Source: a virus
Reading direction: 5' to 3' (one strand)
Virus record (IMG/VR): IMGVR_UViG_3300023276_001086
Location: 64,001-128,000 of that record
Length of the DNA: 64,000 bases
A model generated the notes under the pieces. It had not been told where the DNA came from. It did no database searches and worked only from the letters and a program-made list of their open reading frames with translations. Positions 47,884 to 59,498 of the stretch are shown here, piece by piece. A program made the position numbers and the translations under genes. Each line of letters opens with the position of its first letter. The first letter of the stretch is position 1.

Positions 47884-50800
47884 CTACTTCTCCTTATCGA
47901 ACTCACCCATCCACGCGATGATGGGGCGTTCGAGAACCAACGTTCCAGCGTTGTCCCACCAGACGCCGCTCCTCGAGACGAGCTTGTAGCTCTGACGCGC
48001 CATAGCGGCTTCAAAGTCTGCGAGAGCCTCTTCCCCAGTCCCCATCCCCCGCATCGACACGACCAGGCGATCTGGGATGAACTCTGCATCGGTTATGCTG
48101 GCGAAGTCCCCAATGTCTATGTACAGACGCTCGTCCCTCATAGCCTCGACGAACCGATCAGGCTCCTGTGTTGGGAACCACGGTTCGGACTTGTCTTTCT
48201 CCTCCTCGAGCTCCTGGACAGCGGCCAGGTATCGATCAATAGTGATTTGTGCCGACCCCGCATTCTTGACCCGGTCGAGGAGCAGCTCCCGCTCGGCTTG
48301 GAGCTTGTTGACCACGCCCAAGGTGCTCTGATACAGCTCGTCGAGGCGCTTCACTCGATACTGAAGGCGCTCGTTCAGCTCCTGGAGCTCCTTGATCAGA
48401 GTAGCGGCCTCGTTGATGTCCCACTGTGGGATGTCCTCTAACTCGGACCTCTCAATGATGTCCTTTGTCATTTCACTCCTTCGTACTCCCTTCACGTCTG
48501 CGCCGCCGGTCTCCGCACTCACAGGTGCAAGAAGGAAACTGATCCGGACAGTACACACCGAACACCGGTACCGCCCCGCTATTACCGCAGTGTCGGCAGA
48601 AGGGGTGCATAGGTGCGATGACCTGGATGCTCATGGTGGTGTACCCCTTGTAGCGAAAACCTAGGCCGGAGTTATCGACAGGCTTCGACTGCTTTATGTC
48701 GCAGCTTGCATCGGGGTTGATCATGAGTTTCCTCAACACCCCCAACAGGGTGTCGACTTGAAGCTCACGCTCCTCTTCTGAGAGCTCGTTCCGCCAAGTT
48801 GGTTTACTCATCATTCTCCTCTTCTTCGGGCTTGAGCAAATCAACAGCAGGTTTCCCGGCCTGGTGATACGACATGTGCTTGAACGCCGATGCACACACC
48901 TGCACCCTAATCCGACTCACCTCCCGCTCTTGGCAGTCTGGGCATGTCCCACCATCTAGGTCGGCGACAAGGTGGGGCTCCCCGCATTCCTCACACTCCC
49001 CCACCCGCCCCGGGTTGTCGATCAACGCACAGGACGGATGGGGATCGTTGTCGTACTCAGAGCAGACAACGCACTCTCGCTTCAGTCGCAACGGACACTG
49101 TGGGTGCATCAGCTCTCCCTGGTCAGCTCAACGTGCGTCTTGGCGATATGGGCAGCTGCTCTTCGTAGCGACTCGTGCACGGAGACTATCGCCTTGGGCC
49201 CCGGCCTTCCGTCTTTCGCAGGCCAAGCTCTCCACTGCTTGGGCCGAAGCTTCGTGATGGATCCAACGTTGGAGCAACCTTGATGGGCTGTGTACGCTGG
49301 CGATTTGCCATCACCGATAGGGGTGAACTCGTAGCCATCAATTCCCTTGAATCTCACTTCTCCCCCACTGACTCAGCCATGAGGATGAAGTCGGCAAAGG
49401 TCTCCGCGTTATCCTTGATCGCTTCGATGAGGTACAGGTGCTGGTCGCCACCTTCTACCTGGCCGCTTGTGAGCAAACCAACGGCAATCATCGGTTCCTC
49501 GTTATCGTCTGGATTCAGGAAGAGGATCGAATGACCCTCTTCTTGTTCCCGCAGTTCCAAGCTGATCCTCTGTCGCCTCACATCCTCTCCTTCCACGCGC
49601 AGACAGTCCCACGCATCACTGAGCAGCGGCTTCCGCAGGCTGCTCATCTTTCGGGAGTCCAAGGTCCAACCACCCGCATGCTTCAAATCCTCGAGGTAGT
49701 CCCATACGCGCTCAGTACCGTTATCGATTACGACAACCTCACCTTCCCAGACGTATAAGCCGGGCGTGTCGAAACAACCGTAATCGAAGAAGTCCGTTCC
49801 GAAGTCGCAGAAGTCCCCCAAGTCCCACGCGAACCTGGCCAGCTCACCGCGGACCTCGATGGTAACCGGATCTAGTTCCAACCCCACGGCAACCAAGAGA
49901 GCCGTAGCCGCATCGAGATCCCCCACAAATCGATCAGTGAGGGGGTTACGGGAGAGCAACTCACCATTGGGCTTCCACACCATTGAGTGCCCGCACCGTG
50001 GACACCACAACGTGTCGAAATCGCGGTCCGACTGATAGAGGTGGAACTTCACCGCACAGTGGGGGCACTCGAAAAGCATACTCACGGTGTGGCCCTCTTG
50101 TACCCCGTGTCCCGCAAATGACCAGCACCTCGACCCTCGAGCGCCTTCTCCGCCTCCTTACGGTTCTTGAAGTAGCCGGTCTCCCTCGACCACGGCCCGC
50201 ACTGGTTGCAGAAGTAGCCGAGGTAGTGCCCAGCTGCGCTCATCTGCACAGCCAGCTCGAGCTTCACACCGCAACCGCATGTGACTCCCTCGGTCCCACT
50301 CAACTCTCCCTCAATCGCCATCCCACCTCCTCAGCAACAGCAGGGCTTGCTGTCGCACTTCGCGCACCAGACGTAGACTTGATCTCTTCGCACACACTTC
50401 GGATGCTTGACCTTGTATTTCTTCTTGGCGACGGCCCGAGCCTCAGCGATGTTCTTCGCCTTGACCAGCACGTCACCCTTCAGCGTCTCGATCACGTAGG
50501 TGTACTCCTTCACACGTCACCTCCCTCCTCAATCACCCGAAACATCGGCGGGTCATCGAACGCGTCGTCCGAAAACTCGGTGGTGACATAGCACTCCGCC
50601 GCTGTCTTCGTGTCGAAGACCAGGGGGGTATCCGTCCCCATCTCTTCGTCGTAATCCTCCCAATCGGGCGGGGTACGGCACATCACGTTTATCTGAAGTA
50701 CCCAGCCCACCTCATTCTCCTCTCAGCCGGAAGCCCCGGCCCATGATGGGACGGAACACGTACTTCTCGAACGTCCGGAGCACCCCGATCGCCACCGCAG

Positions 50801-52006
50801 CGACGATCAGGATGCCCGTTACTCGAACGTCTCTAGTCACTCGGTCGACTCTCCCTCCACGTAAGCCACCCACAGTTCCTCGATAGCGTCATCGGCCTCT
50901 CGGCCCCGATGACAGACACTGATACGGACCCCTGTGTCGCACTCGTAGATGCGCAGGGACAGGGACCTGATACCGAGCCAGATCGCACGCTCTCTTAGCT
51001 CGTAATCATCGTCGTCTAGGAGCTTCATCCCACTTCTCCTTCTTGAACAGCCGGTCCTTCATCTCCTCAAGTCTCTCCCCCACCTTCTTCCGCTGAAAGT
51101 CCAGGGCCTCCAGTCGGCTCTCTGCGAGCTCTATCGCCTTCTTCAGCGCAGCCTCCTCCGTACAGAAGTGGTACGCGGACTGAACATGACCGCCCCACCT
51201 GATAGCGGGAGGGGCGGGGTCGAAGTAGCAATCCCCCACCAGGTCGTGAGGTCTGTAGGGGTTCGAGTGCCCCTCCAGTTCGACGACCCCAAGCGTCTGC
51301 CAGTAGAGCGACACCCAACGTCGGATGGCCGCCTTCACTGCCTCTCCATATTCGCCTCGAACGTTCCGTTGATGTAGTCGAGCTCCAGATCACCGACGGT
51401 CGTCCGAAAGACCACTCGATGAGCTCGGCTACCCAAGGCCACCTCAACAACAATGGCCCGACACTCCTCGAGAGTGTCCAAGAACACCAGCAACTCCCTC
51501 TCCCCCTTCAGCTTCTTTATCGCGTGCATCCTGTCTCCTCAATCTGGCCACGGCTCTCCTGCCTGAATAAGCTTCACGATTTTGAGCTTGCCACCCTTCC
51601 AGACGACACTGCTCTCCTCACGGTCCTCCTCATACATGTAGGTGCCGAGCCTTACCTCATCCGGTGAACACGAGACGAACTGGGAGAGCCAGTCCAGGAA
51701 GTACTGAATCGACCTCTCGTAGTTCTTCACGCTGAAGGAGAGCTTGAGCTGGTAGACACCAGCCTCGTCCCTCACGAAGTAGGGAGCCGCCCAGACCCCG
51801 CACCCGCCGTTGCACCTGAGCATCCAAGCACCCCGCCACGTATTGAAGAGCGGGTGAGCCAACCCAGGGTGGATCGCCAAGATTGGGTTGATGTCCTCCT
51901 GCTTGTGCCCCTGGACCTGACACATAATGTGGAGGATCTCGATGGCCGCTACCGGTGTGTCCTTGCGCAGCCTCACATCCAGCTGAAGGTGCGTGTACAT
52001 TCCCAT
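47884..52006 (-). other. Run of hypothetical genes (47884-48558, 48473-48895, 48804-49109, 49109-49357, 49354-50085, 50082-50321, 50331-50513, 50510-50710, 50837-51028, 51006-51338, 51335-51529, 51539-52006)
   Basis: Abutting or overlapping ORFs, several with CxxC pairs. Confidence 0.55.
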
Positions 52007-52010
52007 CTCA

Positions 52011-53093
52011 CTACCTCTTCTTGCTGGGAAGGGCGTAGACGAGTCGGGCTACTTGCTTCATCCTCCCCTCCTTGCAGAACCGGTTCCGGAGCTTCTTCCA
52101 TGAACCGGGCCGGAAGTCCCGAGCCTCTGGGAACTTCGCAGCCATAGCCAGCTCCAACTTGTGGAACGGGAGTAGGGAGTTCTCGGAGAGCAACCGGAAG
52201 AACTCCGTCTCGATAGCTTCCTCGGGGTACCACGCCTTCGGCCACCAGCCGTTGTCGAGTTCCTCGATCTCAGCCGTGTTGCTCGCCAAGCAGACAATGG
52301 TGTGCAGGAGAATTGCCCGATCACTCTCATCAGACTCGATCATGTCCTTGAGTCGGACCCGCACCGAAGACGCATCCTGAAGGAACACGGCCAACGACAA
52401 GAGGTCCTTGATGGGAACGTTCTCGAGTAGGTGCAGCGACTCCCTCACCAGTAGTTTCTTGGCGACAGGATTCAGTCCCTGCATCTGACCCAGAGCGGCT
52501 AGCTTCTTGTAGAGGATGAAGCGACCCCCGCTGAGCACGTTCTCTGAAGACGACTCCGCGTCTTGATCAGTCTCTGGTGTGGAACGGTCCGGAACCTCGA
52601 CGGGCTCGTCCTCACCCGTGGGCGGTGGGACACGTGGGTCTTGAGGCTGCTCACCTCCATAGAGCTTGCTCAAGTGCTCATCACAGAGGGCCAAGCTCGA
52701 CCCCGCCGCCACATCACACCGTGGCCAAGCACACTCCCCATCGCTAACGCTGGACTTCCACCAGCCATTGGAGAGCTCGACCAGCTCCTCTTCCTGCGAC
52801 ACCTCCTGCCCCCCAACCTTCGCAGTACGCTCCTCCCGGACTTGGGCCCTCAGCAGTTCAGTGCTCACCCTCACCTGCTCTTGGTGCCGAAGCGCCGCCG
52901 CTACCACAGTATCCCTCGGCCGACTCCCATCTCGAAACAGACCACCTTCAGCACAAGCATCCCCGAATGGGTCAGTCGCCGCACCACCCTCGTCCCAACC
53001 TCTCCGAACAGCCGCCGAAACGACTTCGATGATGTTTACGTTCTCACCACACCATTTCTTCATCGCATCCAAAACGTCGTAAGTTACCGACAT
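52011..53093 (-). CDS. Hypothetical protein, 360 aa
   Basis: Follows a 240-bp non-coding region; ELxNGWW motif occurs twice. Confidence 0.65.
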   Translation of the reverse strand: MSVTYDVLDAMKKWCGENVNIIEVVSAAVRRGWDEGGAATDPFGDACAEGGLFRDGSRPRDTVVAAALRHQEQVRVSTELLRAQVREERTAKVGGQEVSQEEELVELSNGWWKSSVSDGECAWPRCDVAAGSSLALCDEHLSKLYGGEQPQDPRVPPPTGEDEPVEVPDRSTPETDQDAESSSENVLSGGRFILYKKLAALGQMQGLNPVAKKLLVRESLHLLENVPIKDLLSLAVFLQDASSVRVRLKDMIESDESDRAILLHTIVCLASNTAEIEELDNGWWPKAWYPEEAIETEFFRLLSENSLLPFHKLELAMAAKFPEARDFRPGSWKKLRNRFCKEGRMKQVARLVYALPSKKR

Positions 53094-53335
53094 TACTACA
53101 CTACCCTTCTTTGATCATGCCCACTTTGATCAAGTCGACTAATTGCACATAAAAGCCAGCTTGATCCTTTTCCGCACAAAGATCGTTTTACACGGGGGTC
53201 TTATGCCCTCCCTAGCCTACTCCCCCACCTTACACACTTTGCCAATCCTTGGGACACTAGCCTGTGTAATGTGTGAAACACCTTTGCCAATCTCTGCGAC
53301 ACGAGACGTGTGCAAAAGATGATTGACAACTACAC
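53094..53335. promoter_or_regulatory. AT-rich regulatory region with direct repeats
   Basis: CTTTGCCAATC...GACAC twice; TTGATC three times; GGGCATAAG on the - strand at 53200-53208. Confidence 0.55.
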
Positions 53336-54433
53336 TCACCCCTCCTCTGGTAAGTCCTTGGGCATCACCAAGTCGATGACCTTGTCGTCGAACACCTCGT
53401 TGAGCACGTTCCTGGTTCGCTGGTACCTCCCGTACTTCCTATCGTCGTCCCACTTGGTACCGCCGGCTTGCTCGAGGTTCTTCACGAGCTCGCAGGCAAA
53501 GAGTCGCGACCGTGTGTGTCCGTCAAGCGGTACCATCCCGTTGTGACCATGAAATTTGAGCGTCTTGTCGAGCGCCGTGTACGCCCACTTAGGTGCGTTG
53601 ACCGCGAAGGACAGGAGCACGAGCATAGCGAGCTCGATGTGGGGGTCCTCGAAAGGTGTTTGGCAGGTCACGCCCCGCGGGAACGCCACGTCACTCACAC
53701 GCTTACCATCGAGCACCCCGTGGAATGAGTTCCAGAAGAGGCTCGCACTTGAGGCAGAGTTGCGGCGGAAGTGGTTACGCTCAATCATCTTCTGGAAGTG
53801 CCGACACTCGTACATGAGCTGGGCCCGGTAGGTGTGGGGGTGGGCGAAGATCTGGCGCACGGCCTTGCACCAGCGCACCGAGTCCTCCCACTCGGGGCCC
53901 CCATCGGGTACAGCACCATCAACCGGGGTTACCGTATTACGAAACACGTGGACGGGAACAGGGATGTCGTCGTAACCCCTGAGTACACCATCCGGTTGGA
54001 AGAACCACCCCTGTTCCTCGAGAAGTCTCGAGAGGTCGTAGTGGTAAACAGGAAAGACGCAGTCGATGAAAGCCATGAGCTTCCAAAAACCACCCCACTG
54101 CATACGCCTGGGCAAGATGGCCACGTGCTGACACAGCCCGGCAGTGATACCGGTGCCGTCAGCCATGAACACGGATCCGTAGAAACCACCACTCTCGACC
54201 GTGGCGGTGATATAGACGAGCTTCTCGAGAAAAGGAGCATCGTCCCACGTTGTGTCCATCTCGATGTCTATCTTGTCGCGCCCGTAGAGCACAGGCCCTG
54301 AATACTTCTTGTACTTCTTGTGTTTCGGTTCCCTCACTTCTCCCTCTCTTTCTTGACGACCGCACTCGATGTCTCCCACATCACCTCCATCGCCGAGAGA
54401 ACCCCTCTCTGACCGAATTGATCTCATCGGCAA
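53336..54433 (-). CDS. Putative lysozyme-fold protein
   Basis: ITATVESGG...DGTGITAGLCQH resembles a muramidase active-site pattern; start uncertain. Confidence 0.45.
   Translation of the reverse strand: MPMRSIRSERGSLGDGGDVGDIECGRQEREGEVREPKHKKYKKYSGPVLYGRDKIDIEMDTTWDDAPFLEKLVYITATVESGGFYGSVFMADGTGITAGLCQHVAILPRRMQWGGFWKLMAFIDCVFPVYHYDLSRLLEEQGWFFQPDGVLRGYDDIPVPVHVFRNTVTPVDGAVPDGGPEWEDSVRWCKAVRQIFAHPHTYRAQLMYECRHFQKMIERNHFRRNSASSASLFWNSFHGVLDGKRVSDVAFPRGVTCQTPFEDPHIELAMLVLLSFAVNAPKWAYTALDKTLKFHGHNGMVPLDGHTRSRLFACELVKNLEQAGGTKWDDDRKYGRYQRTRNVLNEVFDDKVIDLVMPKDLPEEG
53720..53764. repeat. 45-bp inverted repeat, copy 1
   Basis: Reverse complement of 55242-55286, 44/45 identical. Confidence 0.95.
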
Positions 54434-54791
54434 GGGCGTGTCGGTTCACCACTACGTTGACCTCAGCGTGCTCGGAGGTCAGCAGCACAATGAACTCCTG
54501 CCTGTTCTCGTCCCAGATGGGCAGGTCCCACCGGTCTAGCGCCCCCTTCAACCTGCTGTGCTCCACCCCAATGCCCCGTAGTGCGATCACCAAAACAATC
54601 CGACTAATGTCTTCGTAGGAGTACGAACGCTGCGACCCACTGCCGTAGGCATCTCGAACAGAAGGCGTCACGATTCCCTTCTCGGCAAGGTAGGTGAGCT
54701 GTCTTGGGGTGATGCCTAAGTAGTCCGAAATTTGCTGATTGGTAAACGACCGCATCTCACAGGCTCCAGTAGTAGTCGCCGCCCCGACCAT
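54381..54791 (-). CDS. MerR-like HTH regulator
   Basis: FTNQQISDYLGITPRQLTYLAEKGIVTPS...RSYSYEDI. Confidence 0.8.
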   Translation of the reverse strand: MVGAATTTGACEMRSFTNQQISDYLGITPRQLTYLAEKGIVTPSVRDAYGSGSQRSYSYEDISRIVLVIALRGIGVEHSRLKGALDRWDLPIWDENRQEFIVLLTSEHAEVNVVVNRHALADEINSVREGFSRRWR

Positions 54792-55038
54792 CAGTCAGGC
54801 AACGTTCAGCAATCGAACGAGGCTCGGTGTCTCGAGCTCCGAACTCGGGGTACTTCGAGAGACGCTCACTCATGATCTCGATGGCCTTCTCCCGAGTTCG
54901 AGCCATGAGCGCCTTCTTGAGTCCGCTTGTCAGGGACCTGGCCACTTTGCCCACACCCTTCATATCTGAGAAGAGCTCCCACTCATCAGCGGTCTCCGGG
55001 ATCGAGACCTCTGCTTCCACTCCTGGTACCCTGATCAC
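54757..55038 (-). CDS. Hypothetical protein
   Basis: 93 aa; FGARDTEPR. Confidence 0.6.
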   Translation of the reverse strand: MIRVPGVEAEVSIPETADEWELFSDMKGVGKVARSLTSGLKKALMARTREKAIEIMSERLSKYPEFGARDTEPRSIAERCLTDGRGGDYYWSL

Positions 55039-55041
55039 CTC

Positions 55042-55221
55042 TCACCACCTCTCCCGCATGACCGCCCACATCTCGGGCAGTGCGCCGCCTCTGCTCATCC
55101 ACCCGTCGAGCCCATCGATGAGGTCGACGAGCCTGCTGTGGTCTTCGATGGCGTCAGTGTCATCCGCATCAGCTCTCGCCACGATGCGCCGAATCTCCTC
55201 CAATGCAGCATCAGGATCCAT
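55042..55221 (-). CDS. 59-aa phage protein
   Basis: MDPDAALEEIR...LDGWMSRGGALPEMW, read by hand. Confidence 0.6.
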   Translation of the reverse strand: MDPDAALEEIRRIVARADADDTDAIEDHSRLVDLIDGLDGWMSRGGALPEMWAVMRERW

Positions 55222-55924
55222 CCTGCCCCTCCTTCATCCTTCGCAACTCTGCCTCAAGCGCGAGCCTCTTCTGGAACTCATTCCACCACTTATCGGTGAA
55301 CTCCGAATCAACCAGAGCGTGCTGGTTGGCCCTGGCGTTTTCCTCCAAGCGCACGCGGCTGATGATCTCCTCACGCTCCTGCTCCATCACCTTGGCCAAC
55401 GACTTGGCGCGTACTAGACCGTACCTGCCGATGGATCTCTGAGCGGAAGGCTGCCGAAGAACGATCAACGCCGCCTGGTGCAGATCTTCCATGTCCTGTT
55501 CGCTTATGCCCAGCTTCGTAGCGACCTCCCCCTTAGTCATCCTCGGCCCACCGTCAATCCCGTAAAGCCTCGAGATGGCGACCAGTTGTTGGAGGGTCAA
55601 TCTACGAGACGCATCCTTTACACGACGGGCCACTTGAGCTGCGTTGTCCCATTTTGGGATGCTGGGCTTGACGCAAAACACCTCGCACAACAAAAGAGCA
55701 GCCCCACGAAGAGTTCTGTGCTCACGCCAGCGTTCGGGGAGTTCCTTCTCTACAATCTCACGTAGCCGGATGGTGCCCACAGAATACCCCTCAGCATGTT
55801 CTCGGAGCTCTCTGCGGTTACGGTGACCCACAAAATTCACTACCGCGTCTGGTACACCTTCGAGGGAAACACCAAACGTGGCAGCAAGCGCACGTAAACG
55901 CACTGGACCTTTGGTCCTTGTCAT
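55211..55924 (-). CDS. Sigma70 region 4-like domain protein
   Basis: RLTLQQLVAISRLYGIDGGPRMTKGEVATKLGISEQ...ALIVLRQP. Confidence 0.65.
   Translation of the reverse strand: MTRTKGPVRLRALAATFGVSLEGVPDAVVNFVGHRNRRELREHAEGYSVGTIRLREIVEKELPERWREHRTLRGAALLLCEVFCVKPSIPKWDNAAQVARRVKDASRRLTLQQLVAISRLYGIDGGPRMTKGEVATKLGISEQDMEDLHQAALIVLRQPSAQRSIGRYGLVRAKSLAKVMEQEREEIISRVRLEENARANQHALVDSEFTDKWWNEFQKRLALEAELRRMKEGQDGS
55242..55286. repeat. 45-bp inverted repeat, copy 2
   Basis: Encodes WNEFQKRLALEAELR in 55211..55924. Confidence 0.95.
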
Positions 55925-58900
55925 GTCCGTACCCTCTTATGATCCTTCTCCTCCTCGACGATGAAGATGGCCTCATCAATGCTCTTCTGAATCTGATCCT
56001 TCTCGACGTAGTTGAACATGTCGTAACTCACCATCTTGGCGAAGAGCCGCCGAACGAGCTTGGCGGTCATCAAGAGCAGCCTGAGCTGTGCGGTAGTCAC
56101 GGTCCCACCTTGTTGTCGCAAACCCCGCCCGTGAGAACGGCGAGGCTGTTCTGTAGTCGACTGATCTGCGCCAGAGCCTTCTCGCAGAGCTCTGATGTAG
56201 ACCGGACCTTTTCCTTCAGAGAACTGCACTCGGCATCGAGCTTGGCGGTGCAGTTCTCGCACGTGTACCTGCGGCCTTCGATGACGCAGCAGATGCAAAC
56301 GGGCGGCTTCGCTGCCTCGATGGCGTACTCGACGGCAGACCAGATGAACTCCCAGTCCTTCCGCTCAACAGCCTCGTCGAACTCCTTCCTGTCGATGTTG
56401 TAGCTCATGGCATCTCCGACCCATCAAGACGCTTCGGAGGCATGATTTGCCGAGCCACCGTCGGCTGATGAATGATGTCCCGCAACTCCGCAGCAGTGAG
56501 CAACGCGTTCTGCTGTCCACGCTCGTAGGCGATACGGACAGCGTGCTGAATCTCAATCTTGAGCTGGTTCATGTACGGACTGTTCGACCGAATGAGCTTG
56601 TCGAGCCCGTTGGCCTCGAGCCAAGTCCGGACGAGATCCTTGGCCAACTTCTCGGGGTCGATGAGGTAGTCCCCCGCTCGGAGGGTCTTCGTGGTCAACT
56701 CAGCTGAGTCCACACTCCCAGTGATCATACTTCTCTCCTTTTCTCAATCCCATGACAGCACCATATCGTGATCAATGCTGTGCTTGCCGCACCTCGAGCA
56801 CGTTGTGGTCGTGACCTGCTCATCCTGATAGATGGGGCCATCCCACACATGCTCACAGGACTCCGGACACTTGCACCGACAAGTAGCAGACCCGGGTCCG
56901 TAGTTGACATGGACGAATACGGGAAGCTTCTTCTCGTCACCCACCGTCAATCCTCCCTGTGCCAATTCTTGCTATTTTCTTCCTGCGTGAGGACATGCGT
57001 ACCCTTGGGCCACGTCGGCACACTGATGGGTACCGAGAGGTCCGGCGCATGCTTCCCACCGAGGTACTCAAAGACGACCCAGGCGCCCCACATGCCACGA
57101 GGCTGACGCCAAGCAACACCAATCTGTCCGTGCTCCTTCCCGCAGATGGTGCAGGGCACCTTCGGGTCGAGGTAGCACTCGCTGATCTTCTTGCTGGTGT
57201 CTGAGATGTACCTCTCGAACTCGAGGCCTACCTCACCTCGGCCGGTCTTGGGGTTCTTCCTCGTCTCGCCACCGAACTGCATGAGGCTACTCATCAGCAG
57301 CCTCCTCGAGCACCTGGATGCGCTGCTGCAACTCCCGAAGCTCCGCCGTCACGACACCCAGCATGACCGCCATACCCAACAGAAAGGGAAGAACGACTGC
57401 GGCCAGCATCCGAAGCCGGGAGAGGTGTAGAGCTGACTTGTGCTCCACAACGTCCAAGACGGCATCACCGGAGCACACCTCCCGGCCCGCAGCAAAGCAC
57501 TCGAACTCTGTGATGCGGACATCATGCTCCTGGATGTCCTCGATGGTGGTCCTGAGACCGTCACCGATTATGGCGAGATCGGACACTTCCCGGTACGGAA
57601 CAGAACCCTCCCCCTCTTCCTCCTCCCCAGGCAGAAACGTGCCCACATCATCCTCCCAGTTACTCATTTGTTCTCCCTCTCGTCGTGCCCTGCGCGCTTC
57701 TCATCGAGCCACCGACCTGTGCCGTGCCACTCGACCCCATCCGCGGTAATGAAGCAGGCCGAGCCCCCGAAGGCGTCAAGCCGCGGCTTTGAGCAGCTGT
57801 GGGACACCTCAATGCCAAAGCAACCGTCCGGCTTGAACTTGCGCAGGTACGCCTGAGCGATGTACGCCGCGAACTCGTGACCACACGACTCATCGTTGCG
57901 CAGCCACAATCCCCTTTCATCGAGGTCACACTCGGGCGGGTAGACCTCCTCAACTGTCACGCCTTGCTCAGTGAGGACGGCAATGATTTCCTCCGACAAG
58001 CCATCGGGGTTCGCCTCTTCGTAGGCATTTGTGAGTGCCTTCGTTTGTGCGATGAGCCACTCCCGCTCTTCCTTGACCTTCGTCTCAATCATGACGGAGA
58101 ACATGCTGTAGTAGTCGGCCATCTCACCCTCCTATCCTGTGAACAGTATCCGAGCATCGGCCATGACCAGCTCGAATGTGTACGGCTTTCGCTCATCACC
58201 GGCGTACATGGTGCGCGTTGTCCACGCACCCTTCTTGGGGTCGTACTCGTAGATGGTAGAGAAGAACCGTTCGTAGTTGTCACAGACAACCCAAAGGCCC
58301 TCATCATTGATGCTGGCGTACATCACGTCTTTGGCGATGGGGCTATCGATACCCCAAGCCTCGAACGCATTGGCCGTAGCAGCCTCCACGAACTTCTTCA
58401 CTTGCTCAGGTATGTCAGCCACTGTCCTCTACCTCCCCTTCGTGCAACAAAAGCAGGTGCTCCAACCGAAGAGCACTCATGTGCTCGCACTCGGTCTCAT
58501 GGCAACACGCCGCACACAAGGGGTCATGCTTCGACTTCGGCCTCCGCCAATTACCCAAACCACCATGATCGCACTGCACCTCCCCACGAGGCACCGAGCT
58601 CCCGACCCACATCTTCTTCTCTACCGCCACCTCAATCAGCTCCCGAGCCACTGCTTCGGACCTGCAATCGAACGTATCCGTTGCGACCCACTGCCCATTG
58701 GCGAAAAGAGCAGCAAATGTGTAAGCCCTGATAGGGCGCTTTAGTCGAAAGACGCCAGCACCCTCTTCACTCTCCTTCTTCATCTGTCGCACCTTTCGTC
58801 ATGATGACGATGACTGGTGGCGGCCCGCAGGCATACCCATCAGCGAGGAACCGTCGACCATCAAGTCCGAACTTCACTGCCTCGTCATCCTCCACCTCAT

Positions 58901-59498
58901 CGAGTGGGGTCAGCTCACCCGGTTCCTCATCGTCATCGAGGTCCTTGCAGCCGAAACTTGGGCAGGTACCGTCTTCGTCGAGCGTGACCGTGCAATAGCA
59001 CCGCTCGCACCACCGCAACGCCCTGAAACAGTCAAGGCAGGTGGGCATCGACAGGTAGATGCCGACACCGCCGTTGCCCTGGGAACCGAGGAATTTGGCA
59101 ATCCCCTGATAGGGCTCACCGCAGCTATGACAGTGCCAGATTGGTCCCTTGAGATCATGGAGGTCCAAGATGGTTGTCATGGTATTCAGTGTGTTGGGGT
59201 TCGGATCGATCTCCTCGATCTCCTCGAGCTCCCAAGTATCGTAGTTGCCGCCCTCCATCACCTCGACGAACGCAGCAGCAATAGTGCCGTGCAGGACGAC
59301 GTCGATTGCATTGTCCAGCTTCTTGAAGCCAAGCCACCCGTAGGCCTTGCCTGACACGTAGATAGGGAACACCTCCCCCTCCTTGAACAGGAAGTAGTTG
59401 GGCTCCCACCAGCACCCGTCGTAGGGCACGTGAGACCTACAGTACAGAATGCAGGGCTCCTCACGTCCCTCCAACAGCTCCTTCAACGTCCTCTCCAT
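55921..59498 (-). other. Run of hypothetical genes (including 56097-56408, 56405-56728, 56744-56965, 56947-57294, 57287-57667 membrane, 57664-58122, 58132-58422, 58415-58792, 58767-59498)
   Basis: Abutting ORFs with SD motifs. Confidence 0.55.
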
